64,000 bases of DNA from Mobula hypostoma (taxonomy: Eukaryota), in contig NC_086097.1 in the NCBI RefSeq assembly GCF_963921235.1, positions 85,438,001 to 85,502,000 of the forward strand, read 5' to 3'. The notes below the pieces were generated by a model that made no database searches, had not been told where the DNA came from, and saw only the letters and a program-made list of their open reading frames with translations. Shown in pieces: positions 23,689 through 37,376 of this stretch; position 1 is the first letter of the stretch, and each line of letters begins with the position of its first letter. The position numbers were made by a program, and so were the translations under genes.

Positions 23689-24629
23689 TTGACATAGACA
23701 GTGACATTACAAAGAAGGAACAAGATAGAAGGTGGGAACCCACATTTCTAACAGGAGCACGGTGGGTTTCACTCTGCAGTCAGGAGTAAACTACCTGTGC
23801 TCACTATATGGGGTGGGTGAGCTACACATTTTGATATCAGCCAATGCCCTTGCACCCTATTCCAGCGTGGAGCAGTCAGTGCCGCCTGGGTTGTTCACCA
23901 TGGGCAGTGAGGAAGAATGGAGCTCTTCACTGAGTCTTTCTATCTCCGAGAACAAATTACAGAGCCAAGGGAACAGCAGCCAGGGTATGGGACCGATGGG
24001 ATTGCTCATCAGAGTGAACACGAGCATCAAGGGCTGAATGGCTCCTTTGTGCCATAATGCTAATGTTACATGAATTCAGTGGGCACTCCTTTACTGAAAT
24101 TACACAAGAGAGATTTGAGATTTGACGCTAAAGAACTGCCACTCTGAGACTGCTCCCTGAAAATTCTGCCTAGATATGATTTCTTACTGAGAACCAATCC
24201 CGCCTCCCCCCCACCCCCACCCTACCCCTTCACTCCTCATCCTCTCTGTCCTGGCAGTTTTCTATTTCTGTATGTTCACTGTGCATTTTCCTAGTTAAGG
24301 GATGTTTTATTATGCTCCCAAGTTTGGGAGGATCTCATTTGTGTAGTGTTCATGGCCCACATCTCCCTGCAGTTAAAAGCAGATTTTAAACAAAATTTAA
24401 ATATAGGCACAACCAGACGAATTCAATTGGCAGCAAGTAAGTTGGTGGTGGATGAGCCCTTTAAATAGCATTGGATGTGGTGTGGAAACATTCTTCAAAG
24501 TTCAACTGGTGCTTGAAGCATCAGTTGGAGTGCTTAGCTGCGTGTTAACAGTGCTGGCATGAAGTTAATGAAGCATGCTTATAGGGATCTTGACCAGTTT
24601 CCCCTGAATACGTCCAGCAAAAGGCAGTA

Positions 24630-26692
24630 CAGTTAGCCCTCCTTATCTGTGGGTTCCGCATGCGCGGATTCAACCAACCGCGGATCGGGAAAACCCGGAA
24701 GCTCTCTCTCCAGCGCTCGTTGTTTGAGCATTGTTTGCCTCGCATCTCATTCGGTCGCTAATTTCTTTCTGTGAAAAAAATGGCTCCTAAGTAGCAATTA
24801 AGTGGTTAAAGCAACTCAAGAACTTAAAAGATCACGGGAGAATCAGGATCGGCTGATGCCGAGGCGGCATCATTGTTTCCAGAAGAGCTACGATGGTTGC
24901 ATAGGTACTGAACATGTACAGACTTTTTTTTCTTGTCACTATTCCCTAAACAATACAGTATAACAACTATTTACATAGCATTTACATTGTATTAGGTATT
25001 ATCAGTAATCTAGAGATGATTTAAAGTTTTCGGGAGGATGTGCATAGAAACATAGAAACATAGAAAATAGGTGCAGGAGTAGGCCATTCGGCCCTTCAAG
25101 CCTGCACCGCCATTTATTATGATCATGGCTGATCATCCAACTCAGAACCCTGCACCAACCTTCCCTCCATACCCTCTGATCCCCCTAGCCACAAGGGCCA
25201 TATCTAACTCCCTCTTAAATATAGCCAATGAACTGGCCTCAACTGTTTCCTGTGGCAGAGAATTCCACAGATTCACCACTCTCTGTGTGAAGAAGTTTTT
25301 CTTAATCTCAGTCCTAAAAGGCTTCGCCTTTATCCTTAAACTGTGACCCCTCGTTCTAGACTTCCCCAACATCGGGAACAATCTTCCTGCATCTAGCCTG
25401 TCCAATCCCTTTAGGATTTTATATGTTTCAATCAGATCCCCCCTCAATCTTCTAAATTCCAATGAGTACAAGCCTAGTTCATCCAGTCTTTCTTCATATG
25501 AAAGTCCTGCCATCCCAGGAATCAATCTGGTGAACCTTCTTTGTACTCCCTCTATGGCAAGGATGTCTTTCCTCAGATTAGGGGACCAAAACTGCACACA
25601 ATACTCCAGGTGTGGTCTCACCAAGGCCTTGTACAACTGCAGTAGTACCTCCTTGCTCCTGTACTCGAATCCTCTCGCTATAAATGCCAGCATACCATTC
25701 GCCTTTTTCACCGCCTGCTGTACCTGCATGCCCACTTTCAATGACTGGTGTATAATGACACCCAGGTCTCGTTGCACCTCCCCTTTTCCTAATCGGCCAC
25801 CATTCAGATAATAATCTGTTTTCCTATTTTTGCCACCAAAGTGGATAACTTCACATTTATCCACATTAAATTGCATCTGCCATGAGTTTGCCCACTCACC
25901 CATCCTATCCAAGTCACCCTGCATCCTCTTAGCATCCTCCTCACAGCTAACACTGCCACCCAGCTTCGTGTCATCCGCAAACTTGGAGATGCTGCATTTA
26001 ATTCCCTCATCCAAGTCATTAATATATATTGTAAACAACTGGGGTCCCAGCACTGAGCCTTGCGGTACCCCACTAGTCACTGCCTGCCATTCTGAAAAGG
26101 TCCCGTTTATTCCCACTCTTTGCTTCCTGTCTGCTAACCAATTCTCTATCCACATCAATACCTTACCCCCAATACCATGTGCTTTAAGTTTGCACACTAA
26201 TCTCCTGTGTGGGACCTTGTCAAAAGCCTTTTGAAAATCCAAATATACCACATCCACTGGTTCTCCCCTATCCACTCTACTAGTTACATCCTCAAAAAAT
26301 TCTATGAGATTCGTCAGACATGATTTTCCTTTCACAAATCCATGCTGACTTTGTCCGATCATTTCACCGCTTTCCAAATGTGCTGTTATCACATCCTTGA
26401 TAACTGACTCCAGCAGTTTCCCCACCACCGACGTTAGGCTAACCGGTCTATAATTCCCCGGTTTCTCTCTCCCTCCTTTTTTAAAACGTGGGGTTACATT
26501 AGCCATCCTCCAATCCTCAGGAACTAGTCCAGAATCTAACGAGTTTTGTAAAATTATCACTAATTCATCCACTATTTCTTGGGCTACTTCCCTAAGGTTA
26601 TTTGCAAATACTATGCCACTTGAGCATCCGCATTTTTTGGTATCCGCGGGGAGCCCTGGATCTAATCCCTCGCGGATAAGGAGGGCCGACTG
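24630..26692. mobile_element. pogo/Tigger-like MITE split by a CR1 insertion
   Basis: TA|CAGTTAGCCCTCCTTATCTGTGGG ... CTCGCGGATAAGGAGGGCCGACTG|TA; Tigger-type body TATTCCCTAAACAATACAGTATAACAACTATTTACATAGCATTTACATTGTATTAGG. Confidence 0.88.
25043..26595 (-). mobile_element. Young 5'-truncated CR1 LINE with an uninterrupted RT/C-terminal ORF
   Basis: ORF to 25142 has no stops: NYRPVSLTS, YLDFQKAFDKV, GVPQGSVLGP, KFADD. (TTTCTATG)n tail. The first ~35 aa of the called ORF come from the flanking MITE. Confidence 0.95.
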
Positions 26693-27182
26693 TATGCACA
26701 ACAGTAAAATATGTGCCTTTCTATCCCGGGAACCAATACATCATCTGCAGATCTCATTGCAATGCATCTGATCAGTGGGACTTCAGCTCTGCAAATTTTA
26801 AAAAAATGCAAAGATGTTCTAATGAGTCAGTGACAAAGGAGTGCCAAGCCTCAGAGCCATCAGATCTTCAACAATACTCACCAAATATGCTGCCAGCTTC
26901 ATTTGCATTTCAGCAAACTTACCAGACAAATCAAACTGCATCTCTGCGTTTCTGCTTCAAAAATCTTCAAGCTCAGGGGATCTGCCAATTTCAATAACCA
27001 ATAAAGGAAGCAAATGGAACTCAGGGTAGATTTGAAACAGCTTGGAGCCTGCTTTGGTACAGTCAAGATATCTGCAGCTAGAGATATTGAATTTAATGAT
27101 TGGGAACTTGAAGATTTTGCTTATTTTATACTTGAGTAAGTTTTAAAAGACCGTGCTGAAAAATAATCTTTATCTTGATGTG

Positions 27183-28602
27183 CAAGGGGTGATTGATAAG
27201 TTCGTGGCCTAAGGTAGAAGGAGTCAATTTCAGAAAACGTAGCACATTTATTTTTCAACATAGACCCCTCCCACATTTGCACACTTAGTCCAGCGGTCGT
27301 GGAGCGTACGGATCTTGGACCTCCGGAAAATGTCTCGTGGCCTGCAGTAGGAGATGAGTTATACAGCTCTCGTTGCATGCACATGCAGTTCAACTCTTTG
27401 AGTGATTATATTATGCAGAAAGTTTGAAATTAATAACTCATCAGTTAATAATGCATCAGGGGTGATTGATAAGTTAGTGGCCTAAGGTAGAAGGAGATGA
27501 GTTAATAACTTCAAACTTTCTGCATAATCACCCGAAGAGTTGAACTGCACGTGCATATAACGAGAGCTGTATAACTCACCTCCTTCTACCTTAGGCCACA
27601 AACTTATCAATCACCCCTGCTGTGAACATTTTCCGGAGGTCCAAGATCCGTACGCTCCACGACCGCTGGACTTAGTGTGCAAATGTAGGAGGGGACTATG
27701 TTGAAAAATAAATGTGCTAGGTTTTCTAAAATGGACTCCTTCTACCTTAGTCATAGTCATAGTCATACTTTATTGATCCCGGGGAAAATGGTTTTTGTTA
27801 CAGTTGCAGCATAAATAATTAAATAGTAATAAAACCATAAATAGTTAAGTAGTAATATGTAAATTATGCCAGGAAATAAGTCCAGGACCAGCCTATTGGG
27901 TCAGGGTGTCTGACCCTCCAACGGAGGAGTTGTAAAGTTTGATGGCCACAGGCAGGAATGACTTCCTATGACGCTCTGTGTTGAATCTTGGTGGAATGAG
28001 TCTCTGGCTGAATGTACTCCTGTGCCCACCCAATACATTATGTAGTGGATGGGAGACATTATTCAAGATGGCATGCAACTTGGACAGTATCCTCTTTTCA
28101 GACACCACCGTCAGAGAGTCCAGTTCCATCCCCACAACATCACTGGCCTTACGAATGAGTTTGTTGATTCTGTTGGTGTCTGCAACACTCAGCCTGCTGC
28201 CTCAGCTCACAACAGCAAACATGATAGCACTGTCCACCACAGACTCGTAGAACATCCTCAGCATCGTCTGGCAGATGGTAAAGGACCTCAGCCTCCTCAG
28301 GAAATAGAGACGGCTCTGACCCTTCTTGTAGACAGCCTCAGTGTTCTTTGACCAGTCCAGTTTATTGTCAATTCGTATTCCCAGGTATTTGTAATCCTCC
28401 ACTATGTCCACACTGACCCCCTGGATGGAAACAGGGGTCATCGGTACCTTAGCTCTCCTCAGGTCGACCACCAGCTCCTTAGTCTTTTTCACATTAAGCT
28501 GCAGATAATTCTGCTCACACCATGTGACAAAGTTTCCTACTGTAGCCCTGTACTCAGCCTCATCTCCCGTGCTTAGGCCACGAACTTATCAATCACTCCT
28601 TG
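27183..28602. mobile_element. Palindromic mariner-like MITE with internal extra TIR copies, interrupted by a LINE
   Basis: CAAGGGGTGATTGATAAGTTCGTGGCCTAAG ... CTTAGGCCACGAACTTATCAATCACTCCTTG|TA. Long inverted arms; extra TIRs at ~27457 and ~27619. Confidence 0.85.
27751..28571 (-). mobile_element. Rex1/Babar-like LINE 3' fragment, (ACTATG)n-tail family
   Basis: KKTKELVVDLRR..YKYLG..KKGQSRLYFLRRLRSF. TSD CTTAG. Near-identical to 30390-32503 and 51492-52204. Confidence 0.92.
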
Positions 28603-28824
28603 TATATTACACCCCAGAATGCCACAGGATGCAGTAGGCTAATAAAATATATAGTTCTTTGAAAGCTGAAACTACCAACTCCAGCTGTTTGTCATGCCAT
28701 GTTTAATGGTCCAACTGAAGAGATTCATGTTGGAAGCTAAAGAGAAAGGAGGAAAATAACAGCCTAAGGTTATTAAAGGATTACTAGTTGTTAGAGAAGA
28801 ACTGAAGGGTCAGATTATCTGGCC

Positions 28825-28903
28825 CAGAGGTTCCCAACCTGGGGTTCACAAACCCCTCGGCTAATGGAAGGAGTGAATGGCATAATAAAGGTTGGGCACC
28901 CCG
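28825..28903 (+). mobile_element. ~80-bp hAT MITE, copy 2
   Basis: CAGAGGTTCCCAACC..GGTTGGGCACCCCG; 8-bp TSD ATCTGGCC / ATCTAGCC. Confidence 0.8.
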
Positions 28904-29164
28904 ATCTAGCCGAGATAAGTGATATTTTCTCTTTCACTGGGCATTCTCCAATTCATTGATTTTAATCAGTGTCCATCTCCTCTTGAATCCTAACCTTTCA
29001 TATATTGTCTAAACTCCAATGTCATTTTTGATGCAATGGATATTGTTATATTACTCAACTCTTTCTCAAACATCATTCAGATAATTTATTGAAACTGAAG
29101 GTACAACTCATGACAACTAATGTCTTTAACAGAGTTGACAGAACATAAATGGAGCAGGCAAAGA

Positions 29165-29445
29165 ATGAGATGCAGGAACGACGGGAGTTCGATTCTAACA
29201 CTAAACAGGGTGGAGTTTGCAAGATTTTGCCATGGATATGAGGATGCTCCAGTTTCCTCCTACATCCCAAAGAAGGTGTAAATGTGAGGTCAGTTGCTCA
29301 CTGTGGGCAGGTGGTGGAGGCAGGTGAAACGACTGAAGAGTGAATAATATGAGATGAGTGTAGGATTAATATAATTACACACTTGACGGTCAGCATATAC
29401 ACAGTGGGCTAAAGGACCTATTTTCATGTCTTATGACATTATGAC
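29165..29445 (+). mobile_element. HE1-like tRNA-derived SINE, degenerate
   Basis: B-box GGAGTTCGATTC, GGAGTTTGCA, TCCAGTTTCCTCCTACATCCCAAAG, CR1-like tail. Confidence 0.6.
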
Positions 29446-30389
29446 TCAAATTATTTCTTTTGTTATTGTAGAATTAATTCTAAATTAATCACTACTTGCA
29501 TCTCATTTATTCAAAAATAATCAAGATTATTTCAAGCAATATTTGAGCAGCTGTATATTCAATTAACGGCAACTTGTACGCTGGAACCCTGTTTCTTTCC
29601 TGCTGCACTGTTGCAAAGTGTATCTTGGTCAGATGATTAAACTGCAAAAAGCCTTTGATCTTTGAGTAATAGTGAGCAATGCTGTTTAACATCTATTAAG
29701 CAGGGAGACAAGACCTCTGTATGATTTAGTGCACATGCAAGTTTTATAATCAGCTTTACATACTTGGTTTGTCAGGTTTCATTCGAAGTTTTTATTGCTG
29801 TATATTTTAATCAGATTCCATCACAACAGCTTATTGATGATTTTCTGTCTTGCATCATTTTTTCCTAATGGTGATTTTTCAGTATGTTTTACTAACGAGC
29901 AGGGAATTGAGCAGTCTCACAAAACCCGCAGTGGGAGGTTAACTCATTTATTCAAGGCCAGCACTTCATGTCAACAGTCAAATTTTAAGGTTCCCCAAAC
30001 AGAAACGTTAGCTCCTTTTAACAATCCATGGATGCCACCTGAACTTCCAAGAGTTCCCAGAGCAGCTTTGCTTTAGTTTCAGATATTTTGCATCTACAGT
30101 TTATTAATCTTCCTTTATTCAATGACAGGTGTTATTTGAATATTTCTTATCTGCACTGAAATACTGTTATGCAAGTTTGACGCCTCTAAATGATGAGACC
30201 AAAGATGTTCTTTTTGGTAGTATAAATAGTTAAAAGTGGATGTTAAATTGAATAACTAATTAGCAGTATTTGTGGACACAGAGATCTCAGTCTCTCTTGA
30301 TCACTAAACATGTTCTATATATTATGCAATTGCATTCCCTGCAAATAGTCGTGGTCAGGAAGTTCAAGCAGGAACTTCTCATGCCTTAT

Positions 30390-32503
30390 AGTCATAGTTA
30401 TAGTCATACTTTATTGATCCCAGGGGAAATTGGTTTTCATTACAGTTGCACCATAAATAAAAAATAGTAATAGAACCATAAATAGTTAAATAGTAAGATG
30501 TAAATTATGCCAGTAAATTATGAAGTAAGTCCAGGACCAGCCTATCGGCTCAGGGTGTCTGACCCTCCAAGGGAGGAGTTGTAAAGTTTGATGGCCACAG
30601 GCAGGAATGACTTCCTATGACGCTCTGTGCTACATCTCGGTGGAATGAGTCTCTGGCTGAATGTACTCCTGTGCCCAACCAGTACATTATGTAGTGGATG
30701 GGAGACATTGTCCAAGATGGCATGCAACTTAGACAGCATCCTCTTTTCAGACACCACCGTCAGAGAGTCCAGTTCCATCCCCACAACATCACTGGCCTTA
30801 CGAATGAGTTTGTTGATTCTGTTGGTGTCTGCTACCCTCAGCCTGCTGCCCCAGCACACAACAGCAAACATGATCGCACTGGCCACCACAGACTCGTAGA
30901 ACATCCTCAGCATTGTCCGACAGATGTTAAAAGACCTCAGTCTCCTCAGGAAATAGAGACGGCTCTGACCCTTCTTGTAGACAGCCTTAGTGTTCTTAGA
31001 CCAGTCCAGTTTATTGTCAATTCGTATCCCCAGGTATTTGTAATCCTCCACCATGTCCACACTGACCCCTTGGATAGAAACAGGGGTCACCGGTGCCTTA
31101 GCTCTCCTCAGGTCTACCACCAGCTCCTTAGTCTTTTTCACATTAAGCTGCAGATAGTTCTGCTCACACCATGTGATGAAGTTTCCTACCGTAGTCCTGT
31201 ACTCAGCCTCATCTCCCTTGCTGATGCATCCAACTATGGCAGAGTCATCCGAAAACTTCTGAAGATGACAAGACTCTGTGTAGTAGTTGAAGTCCAAGGT
31301 GTAAATGGTGAAGAGTAAGGGAGATAAGACAGTCCGCTGTCGAGCCCCAGTGCTGCTGATTACTCTGTCGGACACACAGTGTTGCAAGCACAAGTACTGT
31401 GGTCTGCCAGTCAGGTAATCAAGAATCCATGACACCAGGAAAGCATCCTCCTGCATCGCTGTCAGCTTCTCCCCCAGCAGAGCAGGGTGGATGGTGTTGA
31501 ACGCACTGGAGAAGTCAAAAAACATGACCCTCACAGTGCTCGCTGGCTTGTTCTGGTGGGTGTAGACACGGTTCAGCAGGTAGACAATGGCATCCTCAAC
31601 TCCTAGTCGGGGCTGGTAGGTGAACTGGAGGGGATCTACGTGTGGCCTGACCATAGGACGGAGCAGCTCCAGAACAAGTCTCTTCAGGGTCTTCATGATG
31701 TGGGAGGTCAATGCCACCGGTCTGTAGTCAATGAGGCCGCTGGGGCACAGCGTCTTCGGTGCAGGGACGAGGCAGGATGTCTTCCACAATACAGGAACCC
31801 TCCGGAGCCTCAGGCTCATGTTGAATACGTGGCGAAGTACTCCACATAGCTGATGGGCACAGGCTTTGAGCACCCTGGTACTGACACCATCCAGTCCTGC
31901 AGCCTTGCTTGGGTTGAGACGTTTCAGCTGTCTTCTCACCTGTTCAGCCGTGAAGCCCACTGTGGTGGTTTCGTGTGGGGGAGGGGTATAGTCATGAGAG
32001 CAGGGTGGGGGACTGTGAGGAGGGGTAGGAGGAGAGAGTGGAAAATGTGTTGGTTGGGGGCCAACAACAGATGGCTCGTGTGGGGGATGGGCAGGGGTCA
32101 CAGTGTCAAGTTTGTTAAAGAACAGATTAAGTTCGTTGGCCCCCTCCACACTGCCTTCAGCTCCTCTGTTGCTAGTTTGCTGGAACCCAGTGATGGTCCT
32201 CATCCCCCTCCAGACCTCTCTCATGTTGTTCTGCTGGAGTTTCCACTCAAGCTTCCTCCTGTACCTGTCTTTAGCCTCCCTGATCCTGGCTTTCAGGTCC
32301 CTCTGTATTGCCCTCAGCTCCTCCTTATTTCCATCTCTAAACACCCTCTTTTTAGCATTCAGGATGTCCTTAATGTCCTTTGTCACCCATGGCTTGTTAT
32401 TTGAATAACAAAGGACAGTTCTTGTCGGAACACTGCAGTCCACACAGAAGTTAATGTAATCAGTGATGCATTCTGTGAGCCCATCAATATCCTCTCCATG
32501 TGG
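30390..32503 (-). mobile_element. Young 5'-truncated Rex1/Babar-like LINE with an uninterrupted RT ORF (~650 aa of element origin)
   Basis: ORF 30542..32554: [52 protein letters not shown]. No endonuclease region. (ACTATG)n tail. CTTAT at both ends. Confidence 0.94.
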
Positions 32504-35500
32504 CTTATGTGCATGTGCTGCTACCTGTGTCAGGTGTAGACACAGTGATGCCATTCCCAGTCTTTAGGAGTATTGTTGGCCTGCAGCATAGTGCAGTGAC
32601 AACCTACCCTGGTTTGCACAGCACAGCCTGCTCTGCTGTTGTGTGGTAGACTGGTTCCCAGTCTGGGACCACTGCTTACTCAGGCAGATTATGAGAGCAT
32701 GAGCAGGTCATCTGGCTTCTCTCACTTGCTCATTCATTCAATGAGATTAATGAGATCACTTTCTTCCACTAACCTGCAAGTTGAAAGATATATCGACCAC
32801 TGTCTTTTATATGACTATTAAATAATTTTATAACCTTTTTGGGTAGAGAATTCTATATATTCACCACTCTCTCATCCAGTCCTATAAAGCTGGTGCTTAA
32901 TCTGAGAACTTTGACCATCAGGTTCAAGACAATTTGAGCTGGGGAAGCATTGGTCCTGCATCAGTCCTGTAGGAAAACCACTTCTCATTTTTCCAAATTG
33001 TATCAACTGTGAGCCCAATGTTTAACCCTTTCATTGGCTCAACACTGTCACAAGTGTACTGATCCTACACCTTCATTTCATCACCTTAAACTTCCAATTA
33101 TCTCTGCCCTCCAGCACACCCAAAAACACCAGTCACCACCCATCATGCTCTGACCAGGATCTGACATCTTCCCAACCCCATCTGCAATCCTTGAACCCAC
33201 CTCCCCCCGCCCCCCCAGCTCATCTTTGCGTGATTTTCCAGCACTTGGCTCCAGCCCTGGGTTTACTCTACTCAAATCTGTTGCACTGTGTAAATGATCG
33301 GTTCTCCCTAATTCAGCAGCACCTGAAGCCTTTGAATCTCCTGGATTTCCTCTGCATCGCAGGTTCATGACCAAAGTACACACTGGCACATTGCAAAGGT
33401 GACCAACTGCAACTGACTGCCAATGAATTTCCGATATTAAAAAATTTCAAGAAATTTGTTGTTGTTCAGAATTTAGAGAATTATGCTTGAATCCAAAAAT
33501 AGCTAGTAGAGTTGGCACGTAGATGAGTGTTTATTTAAGTAGTTTCAGTACAATTCAGCTTTGTCCTATCCTTGAATACTCTAAAGAGTTCTGCCAGCCA
33601 TCAGAAGTTGAAAAGCTTCTTAAAAATGCTTTGAAGTTAAAGCTTTAAGTTGGTATGGATTTAATGGTCTGACAGTCCTATGTTTATCTAATTTTCTATC
33701 AAATCAGTTTTAAAGTCGCATTAATTTGGCCTTTATGCCTTGATGATTTTGTTTAAACAAATGCATTTAGATTGACTTGCGAATGAGTGCTAATCCCAGA
33801 CACAGCAGCGTGTCCAAAGAACTTAATTTAAATTTTGAAAGCAATCCCAGCTGCCACGCTATTTACTCAAATCCCCAAAGCATTCCCTAAACAAATATTT
33901 CAGGGCTGTTAGGTTTCAGCTAGAACTTCACCCTAGCACGTGGTCATTTACAGACAGGAATTCCATGTGGTACTGATTTCAATCACTGCCGTCAATTTAA
34001 TTCCACCCAGAGACAGAATTTGGGGATAACTCAGGCGGGCAATTAAAATAAATGAATATCAGACCCTAACTCATTTCAATTATGCTGCCTCAAATTTTAA
34101 TTTTCCCTTCTGACCAAATAGCAGAACTGAGGTAAAATTCAAAGTTCAAAGTACATTCATTATCGAAATACGTATACTATATACCACTTTGAGATTTGTC
34201 TCCATACAGGCAGTCACAAAACAAAGAGATGCAATAGTGCCCATTAAAAAAAGGCCCTCAAGCAACCAAGGTACAAAAAAAACCAAATAGGGCAAACGAT
34301 AAAAATAAGCAAATAACATTCAGAATGGAAGTTTATGAAACTGAGACCACAGCTAATCCAAGAGCCGATTATTTCAGGTCACAACCTCGGTTCAGTTCAG
34401 AAACGAGTAAACCTCGCGAAGCAGCGAGCTGAAAACCAGCATGTCCCTCACCTCTGGCCCTGACACGCTGACCTTTTTGATCTGGCCTGGCTCTTAATTT
34501 GGCCAGACAGTTGATCATTCCTTGCTCTCAGACCTGCCCCCTGCTGCTCCGTCTCTATCTCGCTTCAGTTCTGCCACTTTGAACCCTATGTGGTAAAGTC
34601 ACTGATACTACCCGGAACATTGACTGGTGCTCTGAGCAGCAGCATTGTATTTACCACAAGCTGAGGGAGAACAGAATCCCAAATAGATAGGCGGACATTT
34701 TCTACCCTGTCCTCACAGACCCAGAGGGACAGTAGCTGTTGTAAGGTAGGTACAGCGCTCACATTGGCATCCCTCAAAACTCACCTTGTCCTTTGTTCCT
34801 ACCCAAATGTAGCACCACTTCACTCCAGCTCTCTCCCAAGTGGCTCCTGCCACCTCCAATTTTTGAGAGGGTTGAATCGCAAATGGGAATGAAGAACTTC
34901 AGAGCTTCCAAAACTCACCAGCACGCCTTCACCCTCATTTCCATCTACTTGCCTCTGTCTGCCCCTACTCCACACTCACACCCTGCGTGACCAGTTTCTA
35001 CTGCCAATCATAACCAAGGGTGGCTTGACAGTCCACAACAATGAGCTTGAACTGGACAGACCTTGAGCCTTTATTCTAATTGAGCCACTAATTCAATGCA
35101 TGTTTTTCCTATTAAGAGAAATAAACTGGCCCAAGCTCTCATTCCCAGTCATCACCTCGAGAATCTCACTGAATGGACTGCAGATTGGGCCGACAATGAC
35201 TGTAATACTCTCCATTCGTTAATTGTATAGTTAGTGGGCTCATTGGGAAGTGGTGTCTACAGTGGAGTGTTGCTGTCACTCGTTCACACACCTAGACATG
35301 CAGCATCAAGCACGCCAAATATATATTTCTGGCTAGCAGGTCTTTCACTGAATTGCAAACATGTTACAAACAGTGTTAGAGAATAGAAGTTACATGACAC
35401 AGTGTCTTAAGGTAGCAGCGATGCAGAACCTCGGGGTTTTCCCACAATGACTCTTAAATCGGCAGAAAGGATGCAAGGAATCATTAGAGTTCAGTGTCCC

Positions 35501-35782
35501 ACCTCAAACCCATATTAATTGCCTTTTAGTAACATTTTCTCTGATGTTGGAGCTTGAGATACAAGTGTATTGGACTCTCACCCAAATGGATCTGCAATGT
35601 TTTTCTTGTCCAGAAAAGCTGTTTGAGAGCCTCGACTAGCTGAAGCCTGATTATGAGAGTTGGTGACTGATAGACTCCTTGTTATAATTGATGCAGATCT
35701 TGGGTCTAGGCTGATCAGCAACTGGCCCAAAGAGAGCATCATCATCTCAAAGCCTAAATCCCTGACTCACAATAAACTTACC

Positions 35783-36295
35783 TTCCATGGCCACTTAATT
35801 AAGTATCTCCTGTACCCAATGTGGCTACTGAGTGTACGTTCATGATTTTCTATTGCCCATCCACTTCAAGGTCCGACTTGTTGTGCATTCAGAGATGCTC
35901 TTCTGCACACTATTGTAGCACATGGTTATTTGAGCTACTGTCACCTTCCTGTGAGTTTGAACCAGTCTGGTCATTCTCTTTGGACTTCTCCTATTAACAA
36001 GGCATTTTTACCCTAAGAACTGCCACTCGCTGGATTTTTTAAAATTTCTCACACCATTCTCTGTAAACTCTAGAGACTGTTATGCACGGAACTCCCAGGA
36101 GATCCACAGTTTCTGAGATACTCAAAGCACCCCGTCTGGCACCAACAATCACTCCACAGCTAAAGTCACTTAGATCACATTTTTCCCCATTCTGATGTTT
36201 GGTCTAAACAACCTTGTCTGCATACTTTTACGCATTGAGTTGCTGCCGGATGATTGGCTGATTAGATATTTGCATTAGCGAGCAGGTGTACAGGT
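35783..36295. mobile_element. Tc1-like non-autonomous element, degenerate
   Basis: TGGCCACTTAATTAAGTATCTCCTGTACC at the left, GAGCAGGTGTACAGGT at the right; body CCCATCCACTTCAAGG..GAGATACTCAAA..CTGGCACCAACAATC. Confidence 0.65.
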
Positions 36296-36477
36296 GGAGC
36301 AGGTGGAACAGGTTGCAAGCTACATTGAGATCCCACCCCAAGCCATTCTGACAACTTGCACTGCCAAAGGCATTTACGTACTTTTCAAATGTCTCGGAGA
36401 AAATTAGTCATATTCAAAGGACATATAATAATTACAAATACTAAATATGGGGGCATAATAGTGTAATTTAAGATAAG

Positions 36478-36785
36478 GCTATTATAGGCATCCGTCAGTC
36501 TCGTGAGACCATGGATTTGCACCTTGGAAGGTTTCCAGGGCGCAAGCCTGGGCAAGGTTGTATGGAAGACCAGCAGTTGCCCATGCTGCAAGTCTCCCCT
36601 CTCTACACCACTGATGTTGTCCAAGGGAAGGGCACTGAGGCCGATACAGCTTGGCACCGGTGTCACTTGCGAGCAATGTGTGGTTAAGTGCCTTGCTCAA
36701 GGACACAACACGCTGCCTCAGCTGAGGCTCGAACTGGCAATCTTTAGATCACTAGACCAACGCCTTAACCACTTGGCCATGCACC
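36478..36785 (-). mobile_element. tRNA-headed CORE-type SINE nested in an HE1-like SINE (36446-36995, plus strand)
   Basis: Minus strand: A-box TGGCCAAGTGG, B-box AGTTCGAGCC, CORE-like GTGTCCTTGAGCAAGGCACTTAACC. Flanks GGCTATTA / GGTTATTA. Confidence 0.7.
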
Positions 36786-37295
36786 AACACGGTTATTACC
36801 GTTCCAGCAACCCGGGCTCAATTCTGCCACTGTACTGTCTTTAAGGAGTTTGTACATTCTCCCTATGGTCACAATGGTTTCCTCCAGGTGTTCCACTTTC
36901 CTTTCACTTTCCAAAGACAAGGTTAGTGGGTTAATTGGACACAAGGGTGGAATTGGGCAGCACAGGCTCACTGGGCCAGAAGGGCCTGTATCTTTAAATA
37001 AAATAAATAGATAGATAGATACGTTATTGATTCCAAAGGAAAGTACAGTGTCACAGTAGCTTTACAAGTGCACAGACAAATATACAAATATTAGAAGAGA
37101 AATAAGAAAGAATAAAAGTAAGTTGCCTTAAAAATATGATGTACAAGTTTACAAGTCAAAGGTTAAAGATCACTTCCTTGGCTATAGGCTATAAGTTACT
37201 AACACAGCCTCTGAGTAGGTAATAAAATTACTAACAATTGTTTTAAAAAATAATAAATCCACATACATACATTTGTAAAATGTAAATAACTAATC

Positions 37296-37376
37296 CAGGA
37301 GTTCCCAACCTTTCTTTATGCCATGGGCCCTTACTATTAACCGAGGGGTCCGTAGATCCCAGACTGGGAGACCCTA
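37296..37376 (-). mobile_element. ~80-bp hAT MITE, copy 3 (opposite orientation)
   Basis: CAGGAGTTCCCAACC..CTGGGAGACCCTA; TSD AACTAATC / AACTAGTC. Confidence 0.8.

Noticed and set aside
23438..23743. Hydrophobic or charged low-complexity ORFs
   Set aside because: Artefacts of the polypurine tract.
30542..32554. 670-aa ORF as a domesticated host gene
   Set aside because: It is a 5'-truncated LINE with tail and TSD, has near-identical copies nearby, and its ATG lies in flanking DNA.
36700..36785. tRNA gene
   Set aside because: The A and B boxes belong to a SINE head that continues into a CORE-like body; there is no full cloverleaf.
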